Part shown: piece after piece, positions 36,270 to 45,508 of the stretch
How the letters are laid out: each line of letters begins with the position of its first letter
Position numbering within the stretch: the stretch's first letter is position 1
From: Candidatus Collierbacteria bacterium GW2011_GWB1_44_6
GTDB lineage: Bacteria; Patescibacteriota; Microgenomatia; UBA1400; MFAQ01
DNA length: 48,344 bases
Direction: 5' to 3'
Assembly (NCBI GenBank): GCA_000998025.1
Contig: LCJG01000001.1
Coordinates: 1 to 48,344, forward strand
Translations under genes and position numbers: made by a program
Notes under the pieces: generated by a model
The model's input: the letters and a program-made list of their open reading frames with translations, nothing else
Databases searched by the model: none
Told to the model about the DNA's origin: nothing

Positions 36270-37351
36270 CATATTCACTATTAATTCTGGCACTCTTTAT
36301 CTGGCCTTTTGGGCAGCTTCTAAACTGGCAGTTACCTGAAGCCTCTTTGACGCTCTACCCCCTTGATCTGGTCTGTGCTCTACTTGCTTTTTCTATGCTA
36401 ATCTCTCCCAAGAACAGACTGATAATAATCGGGGATCCCTTGTTCAAACCCTTGATGTATTTTCTCGCCGCGGCTCTGTTATCTCTACTTTTTAACCTAA
36501 ATTTAGTCATAGAAGGCGGGCTTTATTTTTCACTGTTTTATTTCGCCAGGCTATGCATCTACCCCGCTGTCTATTTTGCCATCAAGCAGTCGAAAATAAA
36601 AAGATTACTGCCCTACATTCTTATCTCCTTTGCCACTTTCTGCGCTTTCGGCGCGCTTCAATATTTTTTCCTGCCCGACATGCGCTACCTCAAACTGTTG
36701 GGTTTCGATGACCATTACTTCCGCCTCATCGGATCATTCTTCGACCCGAACTTTACCGGCGCTGTCTTCGCGGGGAGCGCTCTAATGCTCATTGGTTTGG
36801 GGCACTGGCTCTTCTCTCTACTCCCCCTAATACTCTTGGCACTTACTTTTTCCAGAGCTTCATACTTGGTTTTCTTTGCCGGTCTCCTTTATCTTCTATA
36901 TCTAAAGAAACAAAAGACTTTACTATTTTTTGTTTTGATACTCGTAGTCGCGGTCTATCTAATTCCTAAACCATTTGGTGAAGGTGTCAATCTTGCTCGG
37001 ACTTTCTCCATTTATTCAAGGTTCGAAAGCTGGAGGTCGGGAATTGACTTGTTTTTGCAAAAGCCGTTTTTCGGCTGGGGTTATAACACTCTCAGGGGTC
37101 TTGCTGGACAAAGGTTCCAGATTGATAATAGTTTTCTCTATCTTGCTGCCACTACTGGCATAGTGGGACTTGCCACCTTCGTGAATTTGTTAAAGGCAAT
37201 TTTTATCATCGCCAAATCCGTACCACAAAGAATTTTTCTCATATCTATTCTGGCTCACAGCTTGTTCAACAATAGCCTGTTGTATATCTGGATCTACTTT
37301 ATTTTTTGGGTGATATTGGGACTTCCCTCTAGGGAGTATAAAGAATCTTAA
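36266..37351 (+). CDS. O-antigen ligase / O-oligosaccharyltransferase-like (Wzy_C)
   Basis: RLIGSFFDPN, LTFSRAS, R...W, PFFGWGYN, DNSFL...G.VG. Confidence 0.82.
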   Translation: MTYSLLILALFIWPFGQLLNWQLPEASLTLYPLDLVCALLAFSMLISPKNRLIIIGDPLFKPLMYFLAAALLSLLFNLNLVIEGGLYFSLFYFARLCIYPAVYFAIKQSKIKRLLPYILISFATFCAFGALQYFFLPDMRYLKLLGFDDHYFRLIGSFFDPNFTGAVFAGSALMLIGLGHWLFSLLPLILLALTFSRASYLVFFAGLLYLLYLKKQKTLLFFVLILVVAVYLIPKPFGEGVNLARTFSIYSRFESWRSGIDLFLQKPFFGWGYNTLRGLAGQRFQIDNSFLYLAATTGIVGLATFVNLLKAIFIIAKSVPQRIFLISILAHSLFNNSLLYIWIYFIFWVILGLPSREYKES

Positions 37352-38018
37352 TTGTTTTTTCGGCTGTATTACCCGCCCTGTCCGAAGCCAATATTTTAAT
37401 TTCGTTGTTACCACCGGAAAGCTGGTATCGGTGAACAAATTTGCCGTCTTTCTCCACCACCACAAACGAATTATTCACAATCACCTGGGAATCTGGTTTG
37501 CTCACTTCTCCGGAAATATCAACTACTTGGCTGTTCTTTCCAAAATATTCACTTCCGTCTTTTGGGGAAATAATGGTCAGCTCAATTGGCTTGTCGTCAA
37601 AGGTGACGAGCTTCACCTCGGAGGTACTAGCATTCCCCGCCTCATCCGTAGCTCGAACATAAACCCTGTTTGACCCAGACGATAAGGATCCTGCTATAGA
37701 GAAAGAGCCATCCTCGGTTGCCTTGGCCGTTAGAGAAATGGAGTCGTTAATAAGCAAATCGAGTGAGGCACCAGCTTCTGTATAGCCCTCCACTGTAAGA
37801 TATGAACTATTGGTTGCTTCAGGGAGGGCGGATAGTACTGGAGTTTGAGGGGGGATGATGTCTTTGTCCTGGCTTTGTCTCACCGCACCTTTTCCCGCAA
37901 TAAAATTAACAAAGAAGGGGACTCCCCACTTAATCATTACCACGACAAAAACAATCGACAATAAAATATAAAATCTTGATCGGTTTTTTTCTTTACTGGT
38001 TCTATATCTTCCTGCCAT
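37329..38018 (-). CDS. Membrane-anchored protein with tandem Ig-like domains
   Basis: N-terminal TM; two repeats ending GxN....A.D.AGN. Confidence 0.8.
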   Translation of the reverse strand: MAGRYRTSKEKNRSRFYILLSIVFVVVMIKWGVPFFVNFIAGKGAVRQSQDKDIIPPQTPVLSALPEATNSSYLTVEGYTEAGASLDLLINDSISLTAKATEDGSFSIAGSLSSGSNRVYVRATDEAGNASTSEVKLVTFDDKPIELTIISPKDGSEYFGKNSQVVDISGEVSKPDSQVIVNNSFVVVEKDGKFVHRYQLSGGNNEIKILASDRAGNTAEKTIKILYTP

Positions 38019-38022
38019 GCTC

Positions 38023-38058
38023 CTATTCTAGTACATCTTGTCCAATCTTTTCTGCCAT
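38023..38058 (-). CDS. Candidate 11-aa upstream peptide MAEKIGQDVLE
   Basis: SD AAGGAG 6 nt upstream, -10 element further upstream, stop 4 nt before next ATG. Confidence 0.35.
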   Translation of the reverse strand: MAEKIGQDVLE

Positions 38059-38088
38059 AATTCACTCCTTTTAAGCTGCGATGGCTGT

Positions 38089-38106
38089 ATTTTAGCATGC
38101 TAAAAT
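38089..38106. promoter_or_regulatory. Perfect 18-bp palindrome forming back-to-back extended -10 elements
   Basis: ATTTTAGCATGCTAAAAT gives TGC-TAAAAT on both strands; + copy 8 nt before tRNA-Gly. Confidence 0.6.
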
Positions 38107-38114
38107 CTATCCAT

Positions 38115-38185
38115 GCGGGATTAGTTCACCGGTAGAATGCATCCTTCCCAAGGATGAGAAGGGGGTCCGATTCCCCTATCCCGCT
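38115..38185 (+). tRNA. tRNA-Gly(CCC)
   Basis: GCGGGAT/ATCCCGC acceptor, discriminator T, CATCC-TTCCCAA-GGATG anticodon arm, GGGGG-TCCGATT-CCCCT T arm. Confidence 0.93.
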
Positions 38186-38217
38186 CCGGTGTATAATGAC
38201 TGTAAGATAGACCACTT

Positions 38218-38814
38218 ATGATCAAACTTGTGACTCTGCTAGCGGTAATAGCAGTTGTCTTTGTGCTAATCATTATAAAAAGGGATCCTGATACACTCAT
38301 TTCCGCTACTGTGGATACGCCATCACCACAACGAATACTTCAAGAACCAATCACTCTTGGCGTGGCCACCAGCTCCTCTCTGGCCGCTTCATCCAAGATA
38401 TTCACGGACGATAAATTAGGTTTCAGGATCAAATACCAAGATGGGATAGTGGTCAAAAGAAACCTAGATGGATCGGTCACCTTTTCCAAAGATGATCTAA
38501 ACATATCCATCTCCCAAGAAAGTCTCTTGTCAAAGGATACGGTCAACACCATTGCCGAGCGGGATATCAACTGGAAGATGGAAAAACTTGGTGATCAATT
38601 TGTTCTTGCGGAAAGCATCTCCCCAGTGGCCATAGGCCTAGACACTGGTGTCACCTACAGCTCAGAAGAAAAAGGAGAACAAGTCACATATTATTACATT
38701 CCTCAAGGCTTTCACTACTTGTTGGTGATCAACAAAACGCCACAGAAAGAGGGGTCAAATCTATTTTCACTATCAGATGACATCATATATTCTTTAGAAA
38801 TAATTGAAAACTAG
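38218..38814 (+). CDS. Membrane-anchored hypothetical protein, possibly PsbP-like fold
   Basis: N-terminal TM; FTDDKLGFRIKY and terminal DDIIYSLE pattern. Confidence 0.7.
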   Translation: MIKLVTLLAVIAVVFVLIIIKRDPDTLISATVDTPSPQRILQEPITLGVATSSSLAASSKIFTDDKLGFRIKYQDGIVVKRNLDGSVTFSKDDLNISISQESLLSKDTVNTIAERDINWKMEKLGDQFVLAESISPVAIGLDTGVTYSSEEKGEQVTYYYIPQGFHYLLVINKTPQKEGSNLFSLSDDIIYSLEIIEN

Positions 38815-38835
38815 TTCTGGTTTACAATAGACAGC

Positions 38836-39540
38836 GTGCAGAAGTTTCAATATACAGTTTCCCGTACTAGAAAACTAACTACTGGTCTTAGCTTGAGTAT
38901 TCATCCCGAAAAAGGGGTAAGGGTTAGGGCTCCCTTTTGGGTTCCTGATCTGGTTATTAGGAAATTTGTTGAAGAAAAAAGGGCCTGGATTGAAAAACAT
39001 TTATCCAAGATTAAGCCCACACCAACCACGGCTACAACATATTTAGAAGGAGAAAAACATCTTTACTTTGGTCAGGAATATTCACTAAACATCATTTCGA
39101 GTGACGCTCTACGACGGACAGAGGCCCAAATAGCCGGAGAAAACATTTCCGTTTCTGTTTACAGTGGACACGCCGAAGAAAAGCGGCACGATGAAATAAA
39201 AGAAGCCATACTCCGGTTTTATTTGGAAGTAGGTATCGGGGTAATAACCGAAAAGGTAAATCTCTACTCGTCCCAATTGGGAGTCGAGTATAGCCAGATT
39301 GATATCAAGAAAGTATCTTCTATTTGGGGCAGTTGCTCACCCACCAATAGACTTTGTTTTAACCGCAAATTGGTCATGGCCCCTCACGAGGTAGTCGATT
39401 ATGTAGTTATTCATGAAGTCTGCCACATGGTCCACAGAAATCACAGTAGTCGTTTTTGGGGTCTCGTAGCCAAGTTTGATCCAAAGTACAAAGAACACCG
39501 CCGGTGGTTGCACCGGAATCATTTATTATTGACACTTTAA
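38836..39540 (+). CDS. YgjP-like M48/SprT-type metallopeptidase
   Basis: VRAP, WGSCS, DYVVIHEVCH (HExxH), NHSSRFW; GTG start. Confidence 0.9.
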   Translation: MQKFQYTVSRTRKLTTGLSLSIHPEKGVRVRAPFWVPDLVIRKFVEEKRAWIEKHLSKIKPTPTTATTYLEGEKHLYFGQEYSLNIISSDALRRTEAQIAGENISVSVYSGHAEEKRHDEIKEAILRFYLEVGIGVITEKVNLYSSQLGVEYSQIDIKKVSSIWGSCSPTNRLCFNRKLVMAPHEVVDYVVIHEVCHMVHRNHSSRFWGLVAKFDPKYKEHRRWLHRNHLLLTL

Positions 39541-39541
39541 G

Positions 39542-40849
39542 ATGCACCCAACCTTTGACGATAAATCACAAAAAGTTCTTGATCTAATGGAGAATCTATC
39601 AGAGCATATATTCCTTACTGGCAATGCGGGAACAGGCAAGTCTACCTTGCTGGACCACTTTAGAAATAAGACAACAAAAAATGTTGCTGTGGTTGCTCCT
39701 ACAGGTGTGGCCGCTGTCAATGTCCGCGGGGAAACCATACATTCATTTTTTGGATTTCCCCCTAGTATTACTATCGAGAAAGCAGAGCAGGAAGGAAAGT
39801 ATACAAAGAAAGCCAAAATCTACCGCGCCTTGGAAACACTGGTTATTGACGAAATCTCCATGGTGAGAGCCGACCTTTTGGACAGTATTGATGTATTTTT
39901 GCAGGTGGTCAGAAAAAAGAAACTACCCTTTGGTGGAGTGCGTGTCATTATGGTCGGTGATCTTCACCAACTACCCCCAGTGGTTACCAGTCAGGAAAGA
40001 GATGTCATATACAACCTTTATGAAACTCCATACTTCTTCTCGTCCCAAGTGTTCAGCAGCCTTTTTGGCGGATTGTATTCTCAGCTCCGGTTTATCGAAC
40101 TGGAGACCATCTATCGTCAGGCCGAGAAAGGTTTTATCGACCTTCTAAACCGGATAAGAAACAAACAAACCACCGATGAAGACCTGGAAAAATTAAATCG
40201 GCAGGTAATTGGAGAAGGGGATTGTCTTGAAAACTATATTATCCTTACCGCCATCAATCAGCAGGCAGATCAAATTAATGAGGCTAGGTTGAGTGAGATC
40301 GAAGGTCCAAACCATACCTTTCGGGCAGTCCGAAGTGGCCACTTTTCACCACAATATGCTCCGGCCGCTGACGAAGTATCTCTGAAAACAGGAGCTCGGG
40401 TGATGCTGCTGAACAACGATCCGCAAAACCGCTGGATAAACGGTACTATCGGGACCTTGTGGAGGGTCGATTCCGGTTGTGCTTACGTCAAGATCGATGG
40501 TGGTGAAGTAGAAAAAATAGAACCGGTTACCTGGAAATCATTCAAGACTATCTACAATCCGGATAAAAAGTCACTTGAAACGGAGGAGGTTGGAAGTTTT
40601 AAGCAAATGCCTTTGAGGCTTGCCTGGGCCATCACCATTCACAAAAGCCAAGGAAAAACTTTTGAAAGGGTGGCGATTGACTTTGGCCGGGGCGCTTTTG
40701 CGCACGGACAAACTTACGTCGCCTTCAGTCGTTGTACCAGCATGTCTGGTCTAAAACTCATCCGGCCAATAACTCATCAAAGCATCATCACTGATCCGCG
40801 CGTCTCCGACTTTCTGAAAGGTCTTAGGCAAGTGGCTGTTGAACTCTAA
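39542..40849 (+). CDS. Pif1-family SF1B DNA helicase
   Basis: GNAGTGKS, APTGVAA, TIHSFF, IDEISMV, GDLHQLPPV, YRQ, PLRLAWAITIHKSQG, YVAFSR. Confidence 0.92.
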   Translation: MHPTFDDKSQKVLDLMENLSEHIFLTGNAGTGKSTLLDHFRNKTTKNVAVVAPTGVAAVNVRGETIHSFFGFPPSITIEKAEQEGKYTKKAKIYRALETLVIDEISMVRADLLDSIDVFLQVVRKKKLPFGGVRVIMVGDLHQLPPVVTSQERDVIYNLYETPYFFSSQVFSSLFGGLYSQLRFIELETIYRQAEKGFIDLLNRIRNKQTTDEDLEKLNRQVIGEGDCLENYIILTAINQQADQINEARLSEIEGPNHTFRAVRSGHFSPQYAPAADEVSLKTGARVMLLNNDPQNRWINGTIGTLWRVDSGCAYVKIDGGEVEKIEPVTWKSFKTIYNPDKKSLETEEVGSFKQMPLRLAWAITIHKSQGKTFERVAIDFGRGAFAHGQTYVAFSRCTSMSGLKLIRPITHQSIITDPRVSDFLKGLRQVAVEL

Positions 40850-42011
40850 TCCTTTTTGTCAGGACTAGGAAAAGGAGGGCAGAGATAACTGCCATAATTC
40901 CTCCAAAGTAAAAAGGAAGTCGAGCGTTGCCCAGTGTCCACAATAACCCGGCGATGGTTGAGGCAAAAAAAGTTGCGATACCCATTAACGTTTGATAAAT
41001 ACCAAAAGCGGATGCGGATATCTCGTGAGGGATCAGCTTCGATATATAAGTTTTTCCTACGCCATCAGTAAAGGCCAAAAAGATGCCGTAAATTGGAAAG
41101 AGAACCCAAATCCACCAAGGGTTATTAATGGCTCCAAAACTTAGGTAAACAAAAGCAAAAACCAGAAATCCCAGAAACAGCACCTTCCTGGCTCCGATCT
41201 TATCCGCCACAATACCAGCCGGCATTGAAAATACAGCGTAGGTCGAATTCAGTAGTACATAAGTCAGGATAGTGAGCTGTATGGATAGTCCCAAATTCTG
41301 AGCTCTCAGAATCATAAACGCGCCAGAGCTATTCCCCAAGGTAAAAATAAAACTGATCAACAAAAAAATCTTGTAAGAGTCGTTTGCCTTGCTCCATTCA
41401 AAATGAAGACCTTTTAATCCAAGTGGACTTTTTATCTGTTCTTTAATTAATAAAATTAACAGCACTACCCCGATAAGTGCCGGGAAAAACGCTATAAAAA
41501 AGAGCTGACGATAGTTATCGTGCAAGATTTTTAGTAGCCAAATGGAGAGTAGTGGCCCGACTACAGCCCCCAGAGAGTCTAGTGTACGGTGAAAGCCAAA
41601 GTTCCTACCACGGTCGAGCTTATCAGTACTCTCTGTGATCAGGGCGTCCCTTGAAGATGTTCTAATGCCTTTTCCCGTTCGATTGATCACTCTTGCGACC
41701 ATCACCAAGGGCCACGAGCTAGCCAGACACATCATCAGGTGGGAGAGAGTCGCGAAGCTATATCCCCAAACCACGTAGGGTTTTCTCTTTTGAGACTGAT
41801 CGGAAAAAATGCCGAAAAATGATTGCAGAATTTTTGACAAAGCATCGGCCAACCCCTCAATTAGTCCAACCACATATGTAGGCGCCCCCAAGACGGTGAC
41901 CAGAAATATCGGCACCACCGGATAGACCATTTCTGACGCCACATCGTTTAAAAAACTAACCACTCCCAGAACCACAACGTTAGCGGATATGTTCTTTTTC
42001 TCCTCGACCAT
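40824..42011 (-). CDS. MFS transporter
   Basis: D.ASEM.YP, SD...RKP, R.GKGIRT..RDALI, GFHR.LD..GA..GP; 12 TM. Confidence 0.92.
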   Translation of the reverse strand: MVEEKKNISANVVVLGVVSFLNDVASEMVYPVVPIFLVTVLGAPTYVVGLIEGLADALSKILQSFFGIFSDQSQKRKPYVVWGYSFATLSHLMMCLASSWPLVMVARVINRTGKGIRTSSRDALITESTDKLDRGRNFGFHRTLDSLGAVVGPLLSIWLLKILHDNYRQLFFIAFFPALIGVVLLILLIKEQIKSPLGLKGLHFEWSKANDSYKIFLLISFIFTLGNSSGAFMILRAQNLGLSIQLTILTYVLLNSTYAVFSMPAGIVADKIGARKVLFLGFLVFAFVYLSFGAINNPWWIWVLFPIYGIFLAFTDGVGKTYISKLIPHEISASAFGIYQTLMGIATFFASTIAGLLWTLGNARLPFYFGGIMAVISALLFLVLTKRIRVQQPLA

Positions 42012-42070
42012 GTAGTCAGTTTATCATCAGTTCTTTTAGTCGTCCTCATGGTTTATCATGGTACTAGCTT

Positions 42071-42700
42071 ATGAAAGCCAAAATTTTTATTATGCTAGTA
42101 CTACTTTTCTTTTTACTTAGCCTTATTGTCTTCACTACGCCTGTTTCGCAGATAGATATTAGCTTTAGTAGATTTGCACAAAGTTTCGCTTCTAGACCGC
42201 TCAGACTATTTATGAATTTCGTCAGTATTTTGGGAAATAGTCCATACGTTGAAGTATTAATTTTGGTTTCGTCATCCTTATTCTTGTTAGGTGGTAAAAA
42301 GAATGAAGCCCTTGCGATGTTCACTTTCCCCGCCTTGGGGGCAGCCATCGGATCTATCATCAAAAACATTGTTGGTCGGGACAGACCAGGAAGTGAAACG
42401 GTGAATGTTTTCTATAGCCTTGGAGATATGAGCTACCCCAGCATGCATGTGCTTATCTTCACGATTTTTTTTGGCTTTATAGCCTACTATTCACTTACTT
42501 CCGTAAAACATCCCTTAATAAAAATATTAATGATCGCATTTTCCGTCGTTTTTATACTTTCAATCAGCTTTTCCCGCGTCTACCTAGGAGTACACTGGTT
42601 GAGTGATACTATCGGAGGATATTTACTCGGAGGGATAGTGCTATACCTGTTCATACATACTGTTCGTAAGTTAAACTCATATCATCATGCCCAAAGATAA
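42071..42700 (+). CDS. PAP2-family phosphatase
   Basis: KNIVGRDRP, SYPSMH (PSGH variant), SRVYLGVHWLSD. Confidence 0.88.
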   Translation: MKAKIFIMLVLLFFLLSLIVFTTPVSQIDISFSRFAQSFASRPLRLFMNFVSILGNSPYVEVLILVSSSLFLLGGKKNEALAMFTFPALGAAIGSIIKNIVGRDRPGSETVNVFYSLGDMSYPSMHVLIFTIFFGFIAYYSLTSVKHPLIKILMIAFSVVFILSISFSRVYLGVHWLSDTIGGYLLGGIVLYLFIHTVRKLNSYHHAQR

Positions 42701-43565
42701 ATTTTCTGCCGTTTGGATATCACACACCTCGATTGCGGACTATCTTCATTGTCCCAGAGCCTATTTTTTAAAAAATATATACAAAGACAGAAGTACTGGC
42801 AACAAGCTTCAGATCGTCACCCCTGCCCTTGCCCTCGGATCGGCTGTTCATGAAGTACTTGAATCTCTCTCTACTTTGCCCACGGAAACCCGCTTCCATG
42901 ATTCGCTAGTGCTTAAGTTCGATGCAATCTGGGATAAATACTCTGGAAAAAAAGGCGGTTTTCTAGATCTGGAAGAAGAGCACAAACACAAAGAACGAGG
43001 TAAAGCCATGCTTCGGCGGGTAATGGATCACCCTGGTCCCCTACAAAACCTAGCGGTTAAGATCAGAGAGAGCTTGCCATACTACTTTATTTCTGAGGAC
43101 GAGAACATTATTTTATGTGGAAAAATTGACTGGCTAGAATATTTCAAAGACGAAGACAGTATTCACATTATCGACTTCAAGACAAGCAAGAAAGAAGAAA
43201 CGACCGATTCATTTCAGCTTCCGATTTACCACCTACTAGTCACCAATTGCCAACAAAGACCTGTCTCGAAGGCCAGCTATTGGTATTTGGACTTCTCGGA
43301 TACCCCAAAAGAAAAAGATCTTCCAAATATAAAGATAGCCACCGAACAGATTCTTGAGATTGGCCGGAAAATAAAGCTATCCAGAAAGCTTGAAAAATTT
43401 GCCTGTCCACACGGGAGTGATGGCTGCCCCTTTTGCCGCGACTTTGAACGATTGCTCCGGGGGGAGGGTGAAAAGGTGGGGGAGATGGGCCACCGTGACT
43501 CATATATTATTCAAAGAGAAGTCCTTCCAGCGAGCGACGAGGCAGATGACAGCTTCATCATCTGA
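42687..43565 (+). CDS. PD-(D/E)XK nuclease, AddB-C/Cas4-like
   Basis: S...DYLHCP, GSAVH, GKID, IIDFKT, QLPIY, CPHGSDGCPFC. Confidence 0.88.
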   Translation: MPKDKFSAVWISHTSIADYLHCPRAYFLKNIYKDRSTGNKLQIVTPALALGSAVHEVLESLSTLPTETRFHDSLVLKFDAIWDKYSGKKGGFLDLEEEHKHKERGKAMLRRVMDHPGPLQNLAVKIRESLPYYFISEDENIILCGKIDWLEYFKDEDSIHIIDFKTSKKEETTDSFQLPIYHLLVTNCQQRPVSKASYWYLDFSDTPKEKDLPNIKIATEQILEIGRKIKLSRKLEKFACPHGSDGCPFCRDFERLLRGEGEKVGEMGHRDSYIIQREVLPASDEADDSFII

Positions 43566-43581
43566 TCACCGAAATCTAGTC

Positions 43582-44499
43582 TTAGTACGCGGCAACGGCC
43601 ACAGCAAAAGTATTTTGCGCATAGATGCATCCCCAGACGTACTCCCCACCGGCCAGTAGTGCGCGGTGTCCCAGAGTTGTTTCCCAAGCCTTGACTGTTT
43701 CTTGCGGTGTAGCATATCCGGCAGCCAGAAACTCACTGATGTTGTATTTTTCTGAAATCCACTTAAGATCAGATCTCTCTAATAGTGGCACAAAACCAGC
43801 GTGTCCATCTAGTTTTCCGAGCTCCAATAACTGATTCAGACGGATCGAAGCCAAGGTACACAATTCGTCTCTTTTCCCTAGAGGGTTTACGCCTAGCTCC
43901 ACCCTTCTTTTGTTAACCACCTCCCATAGTTCAGGTCCTCCCCACACTGTCTTGGTGGGAGCCGTAGCAATTTTCTTGGCCGGAGAAACCAAAATGATAT
44001 ATGCACTCACCGTGTCGTCTTCATTTTTCACTGCAATTCCAACTTCTTTAAAATCCGTATGTAGGAGGGTTGCTTTTGTGGTCTCACTACTAAACCAATT
44101 TTCTATCGCGTCATTTGTTTTAAAAAAGTCTAACAAAAGCAAATCCCCAATCAGGTTGGCATTGTATCCGGCATTTTTTACAGCCACTTCTCTAGTCAGT
44201 CCGGTAACTGCTCCGGAGTAATCGTCCTCCGTGATAATCACAGCTAATCGGCTTAAGGCAGCTCGGTTTAGTTTTTCATTAACAGTTACTCTCATCAACC
44301 CCTCACTTTCCCTGGCTTCATTTATCTCTGACAAAAGAGTTTCTGTTGTCCAGTCGGGAAAAAATTTTACCCCATTTCTCTCCACATAGATTTTTTGTCC
44401 AATTTCTTCACCAATTTTCTTGATTGGTATATTCTTAAATCCGTAAAAAATTATTCCAATTGCCAAAACCCACAAAAGAAACCTTAAAAAAATTTTCAC
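43582..44499 (-). CDS. CAP/SCP domain protein, two domains
   Basis: INEAR...GL...L.RAA and VNKRR...G...L; W....GHRALL; N-terminal TM; GTG start. Confidence 0.85.
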   Translation of the reverse strand: MKIFLRFLLWVLAIGIIFYGFKNIPIKKIGEEIGQKIYVERNGVKFFPDWTTETLLSEINEARESEGLMRVTVNEKLNRAALSRLAVIITEDDYSGAVTGLTREVAVKNAGYNANLIGDLLLLDFFKTNDAIENWFSSETTKATLLHTDFKEVGIAVKNEDDTVSAYIILVSPAKKIATAPTKTVWGGPELWEVVNKRRVELGVNPLGKRDELCTLASIRLNQLLELGKLDGHAGFVPLLERSDLKWISEKYNISEFLAAGYATPQETVKAWETTLGHRALLAGGEYVWGCIYAQNTFAVAVAAY

Positions 44500-44571
44500 T
44501 AACTAAAGTATAAAATACATTTGCAATTCTTGCTCCAAGCAAAGTTGGCAGACAGGATATAGAATGGCTTA

Positions 44572-44877
44572 ATGAACATAATTTTTAATCCCCAAAAATT
44601 ATCACTCAGTGACCGATTTAGGCAACGGATTCAAACCAAGTTTGATCAAGGCCTGGGAAAGCTATTAAAAAACTATCAAGAAGACCTGAAAGTGGCATCG
44701 CTCGCCATCGAAAAAGTTACTAGATCTGGATATGAAATAAAGTTTGACATGAACCTTCCCGGCTGCCCGATCAATATTAGAGATACCCACAAGGTTCTTA
44801 TGGATGGCGTAGTACGGGTAAGAAACCAGGCCAAAAGACAAATAAAAAAATATATCGAAAAAATGCGGGGTTACTGA
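44572..44877 (+). CDS. hpf: Short HPF/RaiA-family ribosome hibernation factor (divergent)
   Basis: Size and pattern: LSD.FRQRIQTK..GLGK, LPG, terminal RQIKKYIEKMR. Confidence 0.6.
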   Translation: MNIIFNPQKLSLSDRFRQRIQTKFDQGLGKLLKNYQEDLKVASLAIEKVTRSGYEIKFDMNLPGCPINIRDTHKVLMDGVVRVRNQAKRQIKKYIEKMRGY

Positions 44878-45266
44878 TTCTTCTCCCTTTTTCTAATTTC
44901 GACGACCTTGTCCCTGACAATTACTTTTCTTATAAAACCGTCGTGCCCCACGAACTTCATTCCGTCCAGTAGTTCGCTCAAGGCCTTCACTAGATAAGCT
45001 CCATGTCTTTGGTATAGCTTGTCAAACGATCCGTAAAAGTGAGCTAGCTTCGTGTCGATTTCTCTTGGACCATACGTGTCCAACAAGTGGGTTTCAACAA
45101 TCTCTATGATTTCCAGCTTTGCCCCCGCCAGAAGTGTCTGCTCGTCTAGGAATTGACTTCGCGGATTTTCAGACAGCTTCTGGGGAATCCAAGAGGCTCG
45201 GCGAGGCTCATCCTTTTTGGGTTCTTTGCAGTAAACTACGGTTAATTTTTCAATTAGTTTTGCCAT
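44871..45266 (-). CDS. Hypothetical protein
   Basis: 131 aa ORF abutting ferredoxin stop (TAG-ATG). Confidence 0.6.
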   Translation of the reverse strand: MAKLIEKLTVVYCKEPKKDEPRRASWIPQKLSENPRSQFLDEQTLLAGAKLEIIEIVETHLLDTYGPREIDTKLAHFYGSFDKLYQRHGAYLVKALSELLDGMKFVGHDGFIRKVIVRDKVVEIRKREKNQ

Positions 45267-45461
45267 CTAGCTTTGAGTCGCGATAGCTTGAACGGGGCAA
45301 CACTCCACGGCCATTTTGACCGTTTCTTCTATCTCTGGCGAAGTTGAGCTGTCTAATTCTATCGGCTGGGATTTCCCATCCTTCATCTCAAATGACTTCT
45401 CGGCTATGTCCACGCAAACGCCACATCCGATACAGTTTCCGCTATCTACCGTTATTTTCAT
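45267..45461 (-). CDS. Single-cluster [4Fe-4S] ferredoxin
   Basis: CIGCGVC ... CPVQAI. Confidence 0.92.
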   Translation of the reverse strand: MKITVDSGNCIGCGVCVDIAEKSFEMKDGKSQPIELDSSTSPEIEETVKMAVECCPVQAIATQS

Positions 45462-45508
45462 GGATACATTCTAACATTCTACTTGCAACCCGCGGGTATA
45501 ATGACACC

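Noticed and set aside
23667..38185. Integrative island bounded by tRNA-Val and tRNA-Gly
   Set aside because: No integrase and no duplicated tRNA 3' end found by eye
42687..43565. CRISPR-Cas (Cas4) locus
   Set aside because: No repeat-spacer array or other cas genes in the window
44548..44556. GCAGACAGG half of a CPR-type palindromic repeat
   Set aside because: Only one arm present; too short to call
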